Shown here: one piece after another, positions 63,367 through 64,000 of the stretch
Position numbering within the stretch: the stretch's first letter is position 1
Layout: every line of letters starts with the position of its first letter
NCBI GenBank assembly: GCA_016748015.1
Contig: JAAOMT010000289.1
Location: forward strand, 68,131 to 132,130
Origin: Geosiphon pyriformis uo1
Taxonomy: Eukaryota; Fungi; Glomeromycota
Direction: 5' to 3'
DNA length: 64,000 nt
Notes under the pieces: generated by a model
What the model saw: the letters and a program-made list of their open reading frames with translations, nothing else
Databases searched by the model: none
Told to the model about the DNA's origin: nothing
Made by a program: the position numbers and the translations under genes

Positions 63367-64000
63367 TGTTACCAGTAGAATTTTAGCTATTAATTAGCAT
63401 GAAATTTCCTTTATAATTCCTATCATTAATTAGCATATATTATTATCGTTTCGAATTTCACTTATTATTTAATCAAATTAGCAATTATCATCATTTAATC
63501 AATAACCCGATTTGGACCATAGAAATTGAGATGATCAATTTACACAATACCCTGAACCATATAACATAGCCAAAATTCGCCGAAATTAATGAAAATTGGC
63601 CGAAATAATTCATAGTTCAGCGAAATAACTTGTAGTTCGCCGAAATGTATCTTTAGTTCACCGAAATTCTAGAAAAAAGAAAAAGTGCAAGTTCAAAGAC
63701 TAGTACTACAACAAGTTGTATAAAAGAAGAGCTTCTCTCTTCAAGAAAATGTATCTTCTCATATCTTACCATAGTATCTTACTTTAGGTATCTTAATTAG
63801 AACAAATCACTTTTTACATATCTCAAATAAAAATTAAATATTCGAAAACCAAATCCTTTGATTATTACACTTGAAATTCTCTCAACACAACTAACATTTT
63901 GAAATTGATTAGCTACCAATTTCAGTAATCTGTTAGTGACTCCAGGCCTGGATAGAAAACGTTTCCTTGACAAAATTCTATTTCTTTACGTTTCTTTTAT
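63367..64000 (+). repeat. LTR F (C family, + orientation) inserted in pol of E; runs off the window
   Basis: TGTTACCAGTAGAATTTTAGCTATTAATTAGCATGAAATT is the reverse complement of the C LTR end. Confidence 0.92.

Larger units (their letters stand above)
57641..64000 (+). mobile_element. Ty3/Gypsy element E (5' half), inserted antisense in gag of D and interrupted by F
   Basis: LTR 57641-58494, PBS TTTGGTGCTCCCT at 58495-58507, then gag, PR and dUTPase on the + strand. Confidence 0.9.

Noticed and set aside
29344-64000. Currently active, intact elements
   Set aside because: Every gag-pol has multiple premature stops; none is autonomous as sequenced.

Overview
AT-rich, intron-containing fungal DNA. 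Gene and repeat style suggest an early-diverging fungus, probably Glomeromycotina (Geosiphon-like; an inference, not searched). A TE-free island of five intact spliced genes lies at about 9.5-21.2 kb: a small C2-domain protein, NRK1, CCZ1, a UBE3D/IPA1-like HECT_2 protein and mitochondrial PheRS. The rest is decayed retrotransposon sequence with strong C>T/G>A bias: one RNase H-bearing LINE and at least eight related Ty3/Gypsy LTR elements (labelled A-H here). Paired LTRs, 4-bp TSDs and rejoined reading frames resolve the nesting G>D>C>B and D>E>F, plus H>A. The most interesting signal is an unusual architecture shared across divergent families: (i) a U5 sequence complementary to the PBS (hairpin or tRNA-end mimic); (ii) an ATG-less gag N-terminal extension starting at a conserved AAA-GTG-G; (iii) a single gag-PR-Cys-rich-dUTPase-beta-domain-RT-RH-INT frame; (iv) a conserved integrase tail motif LEPIIIIE with no chromodomain; (v) a conserved non-Env ORF3 that ends at the PPT. 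A chimeric non-autonomous derivative (A) keeps the cis elements. All alignments and counts were done by eye.
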